Assembly: GCA_009914755.4 (NCBI GenBank)
Contig: CP086569.2
Span: 12,480,001 to 12,544,000, forward strand
From: the human T2T-CHM13v2.0 reference genome, Homo sapiens
Direction: 5' to 3'
Length of the DNA: 64,000 nt
Shown: positions 58,101 to 64,000 of the stretch, piece after piece
How positions within the stretch are numbered: position 1 is the stretch's first letter
Layout: the number at the start of each line of letters is the position of its first letter
Program-made: the position numbers and the translations under genes
The notes under the pieces: model-generated
The model's input: only the letters and a program-made list of their open reading frames with translations
Told to the model about the DNA's origin: nothing
The model's database searches: none

Positions 58101-60734
58101 TGGAATTGAATGGACAAGAATGGAATGGATTGGAGTGCAATGGATGCGAATGAAAATGAAACGAATGGAATGGAATGGAATTGAAAGGAATGGAATAGAA
58201 AGGAAAAGAATGGAATGCAATCCGAAGGAACGTAAGAAATGGAATGATGTTGAATGGAATGGAATGGAATGGAATGGAATGGAATGGAATGGAATGGAAT
58301 GGAATGGAATGGAATAGAGTTGAACCAGAATGGAATGGAGTGGAATGGAATGGACAGGAATATATTGCATTGCAGCCTAATTGTTTAAAACGGAATGCAA
58401 TCGAATGGAATAGAATGGAATGGAGTGTAATGGAGAGGTATCAAACGGAATGGAATTTAACGGAATGGACTCGAGTGGAATGGACTGGAATGGAATGCAA
58501 TCGAATAGAATGGACTGGAATTGAATGTGCTCGAATGGAATAGATAGGATTGGAATGGACACGAATGGAATGGAAATGAATGGAATGGAAAGCAATGGAA
58601 TGGAATGGAAAGCAATAGAATGGAATGGAATTGGATGGAACGAAATGGAATGCAATTGATTTGAGTGGAATAGAATCGAATGGAATGGCATCAACTGGAA
58701 TGGAATTGAATTGAATGGACTCGAATGGAATGGATTCGAATACAATATAATCGAATGGAATGGATTCGAATAGAATATAATTGAATGGAATGGCACGTAG
58801 TGGAATGGAATGGACCCAAATGGAATGGACTCGAATGGAATCGAAAGAAATGTTCCCGAGTGGAATCTATCAGAATAAAATGTTATCGAATGGAATGCAA
58901 AAATATGGAATGGAATCGAATGGAATGCAATCGAATGGAATGGACAGGAATGGAATGGACTGGAAGAGAATGGACTCTAATGTAATGGATTGCAATGTAA
59001 TTGTTTCGAATAGAATGTATGTGAATGGAACTTGATCAAGTGGAATGGAATGGAATGCAATGGAATGCTACGGAGTGCAATCAAGTGGAATGCAATCAAA
59101 TGGAGTGGAATCGAATGGAATGGAATCCAATGGAAAGGACTGGCATGGAAAGGACTCCAATGGATTGGACTGGAATAAAATGGAACTGAACGGATTGCAA
59201 TCAAATGGAAAGGAACGGAATGGAATGAATTGGAATGGAATGGAGTCAAAAGGAAGGGAAACATATGTTATGGAATTGAATTGATATGAAACGAATAGAA
59301 TGGAATGGAGTGTAATGGAAAGATGTGGAATGGAATGGAATGGACTCGAATGGAATGGACCAGAATAAAATGGACTCGAATGGATTAGAAAAGAATGGAA
59401 TGGAATGGAATGCAACCGAATGTAATGGAAAGGAACAGAATGGAATGGAATCAGATGGAATGGAATGGAAGGGATTGGAGTCGAACAGAATAGAATCAAA
59501 AGTAATGGGATCGATTGGAATGGAATGGAATGGACTCGATTGGAATGGCATAGAATGGAATGGACTGGAGTGAAATGGAATCGAATGGAATGGAAACGAA
59601 TGAAATGGAATGGAATGGAACAGAAACGAACGAAATGGAATGGTATTGAATGGAATGGAGTGGAATGGAATGGAATGGAATGCAATGGAATGGAATAGAA
59701 TGGAATAGAATCGGATGGAATGGAATGGAATGCAATGGAGTCGAAAGGAATAAAATCGAAAGGAATGGCATCAAATGGAATGGAATGGACTCGAATGGAA
59801 TGGACTCGAATGGAATAGAATTGAAAGAATTGGCATTGAATGGAATGGAATGGAATGGTATGGACCCAAAGGTAATGGATTCGAATTGATTGGACTCATG
59901 TAGAATGGACTATAAAGAAATTGTTTCGAATGCAATTTATATGACTAAAGTGGAATCGAATGGAAGGCTATAGTATGGAATGGAATCGAATGAAATGGAA
60001 TCGAATAGAATGGACTGGAATGGAATGGACTGGAATAAAATGGAATCGAATGTAATGGATTGCAATGTAACTGATGTGAATGGAATGGAATATAATTGAA
60101 TGGAATCGAATTCGAATTGACATAAGAGGAATGGACTGGAATAGTATGGACTCGTATGTAATGGAATGGAATGTAATTGATTCGAAAAGAGTGGAGTTGG
60201 ATGGAATGTAAGAAAATGGAATGCAATAGAATGCAAAGTAATGGAATAGAATGGAAAGTAATGGAATGCAAAAGAGAGCAATAGAGTGGAATGTAATCGA
60301 ATGGAATGGACTGGAATTGAATGGACTCGAATGCAATGGACTGGAACAAAATTGAATAGAACGGATTGGAATCGAAAGGAATGGAAAGGAATAGAATGGA
60401 ATCGAATCGACATGAATGGAATGGAGTGAAACGGAATGGAATCGAATAGAATGGAATCGAATGGAATGGAATTGAATGGATTCGAAAGGAATAGAATGGA
60501 ATGGAGTTTAATGGAAAGATATCGAATGGAATATACTGGAATAGAAAGGAATAGAACGTAACGGATTGTAATGTAATTGATTCGAATGGAATGGAATCGA
60601 ATGGAATGTAATCAAATGGAATGGAAAGGAATGCAATGGAATGGTATAGAGTGAAGTGCAATGGAATGGAACAGAGTGGAATCGAGTGCAATGGAGTTCA
60701 ATGGAATGGAATGGAATGAAAAGGAATGGAATGG
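52102..60734 (+). repeat. Array B HOR copy 3
   Basis: Offset of 8573 from copy 2. Near-identical peptides (e.g. 52183..52560 has one substitution relative to 43610..43987). Confidence 0.8.
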
Positions 60735-63700
60735 AATGAAAAGGAATGGAATGGAATGCAATGGAATGGAGTAGAATGGAATGCAGTGGAATAAAACGGA
60801 GAGGAATCGAGTGGAATGGAGTCAATTGGAATTCACTGGAACAATCGAATGGATTGGAATCAAACGGAAAGGAATGGAATGGAATGCAATGGAATGGAAT
60901 CTAAAGGAATGGATTCGAATGGAATGGAATCGAATGGAATGGAATTGAATGGAATGGAATTTTATAGAATCAAAAAGAATAGACTGGAATGGAGTGTAAT
61001 GGAGAATTATCAAATGGAATGTAATGGAAAGGATTGGATTCAAATGGAATGGACAGGAATGGAATGGACTCGAATGAAATGGACTAGAGTGGAATGGAAA
61101 CGAATGGAAGGGAAACGAATGAAATGCAATGGAATGGAATGCACTGGAATGGAAACGAAAGGAATAGAATGGAATGGAATCAGATGCAACTGATTGGAAG
61201 GGAATGGAGTCAATTGGAATAGAATCAAATCCAATGGTATAGCATGGTGTGGAATGGAAAGGACTCGAATGGAATGGACGCGAATGGAATGGCATCGAAT
61301 GGAATGGAATGGAGTGAACTGGAATGAACTGGACCCAAATGTAATGGACTAGAGTGGAATGGACTCAAATAGAATGGACTCAAAACCAACTATCCCGAAT
61401 GGAATTTATTCGAATAGAATGGAATCAAATGTAATGCAATACTATGGAATGGAATTGAAAGGAATGGAATCGAATGGAATGGACTGGAAAGGAATGGACT
61501 GGAATAGAATGGACTCAAATATAATGGATTGCAATGTAATTGATTCAAATGAAACGGAATCGAATGGAATGTAATCAAATTGAATGGAAAGCAATGCAAT
61601 GTAATGGAATAGAATGGAATGCAACTGAGTGGAACGGAACGGAGTGGAATCGAGTGGAATCGAACCGAGTGGAATGTAAACAAATGGAATAGAATTGATT
61701 GGAGTGGACACCAAAGAAATGGACGTGGGAAAAAACGCAATCAAACAGATTGGAATAGAAAGAAACGGAATGGAATGGAATGGAATGGAATGGAATGGAA
61801 TGGAATGGAATGGAATGGAATGGAATGCAATGGAATGGAATGGAATGGAATGGAATGGAATGGAGTGGAATGGAATGGAATGGAATGGAAAGGACTCGAA
61901 TTGTGTGGAGTATAATGGATTGGTATGGAATGGAATGAAATTGATGGTAAAGGAAAAATCTTGAATGGAATGGAATGTAAGAGCATGGAATCAAATGGAA
62001 TGAACTGGAATGGAACACACTGGAATGGAATGCACTGTAATCGAATGGACTCGAATGAAATGGATATGAATGGAATGGAATGGAATGGAATCTAGTGGAT
62101 TTGAATGGAATCGAATGGAAAGGATACGAATGGAAAGGAATAGATTGGAAGGAATAGGATGGAAAGGAATAGAATGGAATGGAGACGAATGGAATAGAAT
62201 CGAATGGTATGGCATCAAGTGGAACGGAATGGAATGGAACGGACTCAAATGTAATGGACTCGAAAGGAATAGAAATGAACGGAATGGCATTGAATGGAAT
62301 GGAATGGAATGGACCCAAATGTAATGGACTCGAAGGAATGAATTCAAATAGAATGTACTCGCAAAGAGTGGTCTCGATGGGAATTAATTTGAATAGAATC
62401 GAATCGAATGGAATGCAATAGAATGCGATGGAATCAAATGGAATGGAACAGAAAGTAATGGACTGAACTAGAATGGTCTGAAATGTAATGGATTACAATA
62501 TATTTGATTTGAATGGAATGGAATCGAATGTAATGTAGTCAAAAGAAATTGAATTTTACACAATGGAATGGAACAGAATGGAATGCAATGGAATGGAAGG
62601 GAGTGCAATGGAATGGAATGGAATGGCATGGAATGGAATGGAATGGAATGGAGTGGTATCTGATGGAATGGAATGGAATGGAGTGGAATGGACTCGAATG
62701 GAATTGATTCAAAACGAATGGAATGGATTCAAACCAATAGAATCAAACGGAATGGAATCAAATGGAATGGAATTGAATGGAAATGAAACGAATAGAATGT
62801 AATGGAGTGTAATGCAAAGATATTGAATGGAATGAAATGGACTCGAATGGAATGGAATTTAATGAAATGGACTAGAATGTAATGGACTTCAGTGGAACGG
62901 ACTCGAATTGAATAGAAACAAATGGAATGCAATGGAGTGAAAGCAAATGAAATGGAAAGGAATAGAATGGAATGCAATCACACGGAAGGGAATGGAGGTT
63001 AAAGGAGTCGAATGGAATAGAATCAAATGTAATGGGATCGATTTGAATAGAATATAATTGACTCGAATGGAATGGCATAGAATGGAATGGACTAGAGTGA
63101 AATTGACTCGAATCGAATGGACTGGATTGGAATGGACTCGAATGGAATGGAATGGATTGGACTCGAATGTAATGGACTGGATTGGAATTTACTCAAATGG
63201 AATGGACTGGAGTTGAATGGAATTGAATGGAATCCCAAAGAATGGAATGCAATGCAATGGAATGGAATGGAATGGAATGGAATGGAATGGAATGGAACGG
63301 AATGGAATGGAATGGACTCAAATATAATGGACTCAAATGCAATGGCCTCAAATAGAATGAACTCGAAAGGAATGTTCCAAATGGAGTTTATTCGAATAAA
63401 ACGGAAAAGAATGTAATGCAATAGTATGCAATGGAATCGAATGAATCCAATCTTATGGAATAGAATTGAATGGAAGAGGTTCGAATGAAACGGACTGGAA
63501 TGGAATGGATTGCAATAGAATGGTCTCGAATGTAAAGGACTGCCATGAAATTGATTCGAATGGAATGGAACCGAATGGAATCGAATCAAAATGAATGGAA
63601 TTGAACGCAATGGAATGGAATACAATGGAATGCAATGGAATGGAAAGAGCGGAATCGAATGGAATGGAATCGAATGAAATGGAATCCATTGGAATGGACT

Positions 63701-64000
63701 GAAATGTAATGGACTCGAATGGATTGGACTGGAACAAAATGCAATCAACCAGATTGGAATCATTTGGAACGTAATGGAATGGAATAGAATGGAACAGAAT
63801 GTAATATAATGGTCTCGAATGGAATGGATTCGAATGGAATGGAATTGAATGGAATTTTATGAAATAGAATGCAATTGAAAGGAAAAGAATGGAATGGAGT
63901 GTATTGGAAAGAACTCCATTGGAATGGAAAGGAAAGGAATCGAATGGTATGTATTGGAATTGAACAGACTCCTAGGGAATGGATTAGAGTGGAATGCACA
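60735..64000 (+). repeat. Array B HOR copy 4 (partial). It carries about 65 bp of extra pentamer repeats relative to earlier copies
   Basis: Offset of 8633 from copy 3. Two insertions account for the extra length: an extra 'gaaaaggaatggaatggaat' block at about 60700-60760, and an expanded (GGAAT)n tract at about 61775-61880 compared with 35995-36060. Confidence 0.75.
61775..61880 (+). repeat. Expanded near-pure (GGAAT)n microsatellite-like tract inside the HOR. It is about 9 pentamers longer than its homologues at 35995-36060, 44573-44640 and 53146-53212
   Basis: Direct comparison of the four homologous positions in Array B. Confidence 0.7.

Larger units (their letters stand above)
1..64000 (+). 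repeat. Classical pericentromeric pentameric satellite of the (GGAAT)n family (HSat3/HSat2-like), with the GGAAT-rich strand on + across the entire window
   Basis: GGAAT/ATGGA pentamers are near-continuous. Characteristic diverged motifs recur (TCGAATGGAATGG, GGACTCGAATGG, GGACCCGAGTGG / GGACCCAAATG, AAAGATATCGAATGG). There is no long non-satellite stretch. ORF-track peptides are dominated by NGMEW/MEWNG on + and IPFHS/FHSIP on -, which is the exact translation of (GGAAT)n and (ATTCC)n. Confidence 0.95.
34961..64000 (+). repeat. Array B: a second, distinct HSat HOR array with a period of about 8.57 kb. It is truncated at the right window edge
   Basis: + strand ORFs 35042..35380, 43610..43987, 52183..52560 and 60816..61193 are virtually identical, with offsets 8568, 8573 and 8633. 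Dozens of other ORF-track peptides recur at the same offsets. Confidence 0.85.

Noticed and set aside
1-64000. Recurring identical 'proteins' at fixed spacing, considered as a tandemly amplified gene family or operon
   Set aside because: The recurrence is the satellite HOR periodicity (7.6 kb and 8.57 kb). The 'proteins' are the repeat artefacts described above.
1-64000. CRISPR-like repeat-spacer architecture
   Set aside because: The repeats are contiguous 5 bp units with no unique spacers of regular size. The context is eukaryotic pericentromeric satellite, and no cas-like ORFs exist.
1-64000. Alpha satellite (171 bp monomers, CENP-B box) or telomeric TTAGGG repeats
   Set aside because: No 171 bp periodicity and no TTAGGG. 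The nearest CENP-B-like string (ccattcgtttccattcc, the reverse complement of ggaaacgaatgg) lacks the essential A and CGGG positions of the box.

Overview
The whole 64 kb window is human-type pericentromeric satellite DNA of the (GGAAT)n / (ATTCC)n family, i.e. classical satellite HSat3/HSat2-like, most consistent with HSat3. It is GGAAT-rich on the + strand throughout, with the typical diverged interruptions such as ...TCGAATGGAATGGACTCGAATG..., GGACCCGAGTGG and GGACCCAAATGTAATG. I found no protein-coding gene, RNA gene, transposon insertion, CRISPR array or change of repeat orientation. Every ORF in the supplied six-frame track is an artefact of the pentamer repeat. (GGAAT)3 reads G-M-E-W-N, E-W-N-G-M or N-G-M-E-W on the + strand, and its complement reads I-P-F-H-S and its frame permutations, so stop codons are systematically missing. 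The real content is large-scale repeat architecture in three blocks. (1) Array A (about 1-31460) is a higher-order repeat (HOR) of about 7.6 kb present in about four copies. Copy 2 carries an internal tandem duplication of about 3.8 kb and is therefore 11.4 kb long. Copies 1 and 2 are almost identical; copies 3 and 4 are roughly 1-2% diverged. (2) A diverged, non-homogenised HSat spacer of about 3.5 kb (about 31461-34960) has no second copy in the window. (3) Array B (about 34961-64000) is a distinct HOR of about 8.57 kb in about 3.4 copies, with inter-copy identity that looks above 99%. Copies differ mainly by expansion or contraction of pure (GGAAT)n tracts and by small indels. I see no novel biological system here. 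The points worth following up are the HOR organisation, the array-to-spacer-to-array junctions and the intra-HOR duplication breakpoint. All identities and periods were estimated by eye from recurring ORF-track peptides and direct sequence comparison; none was computed.
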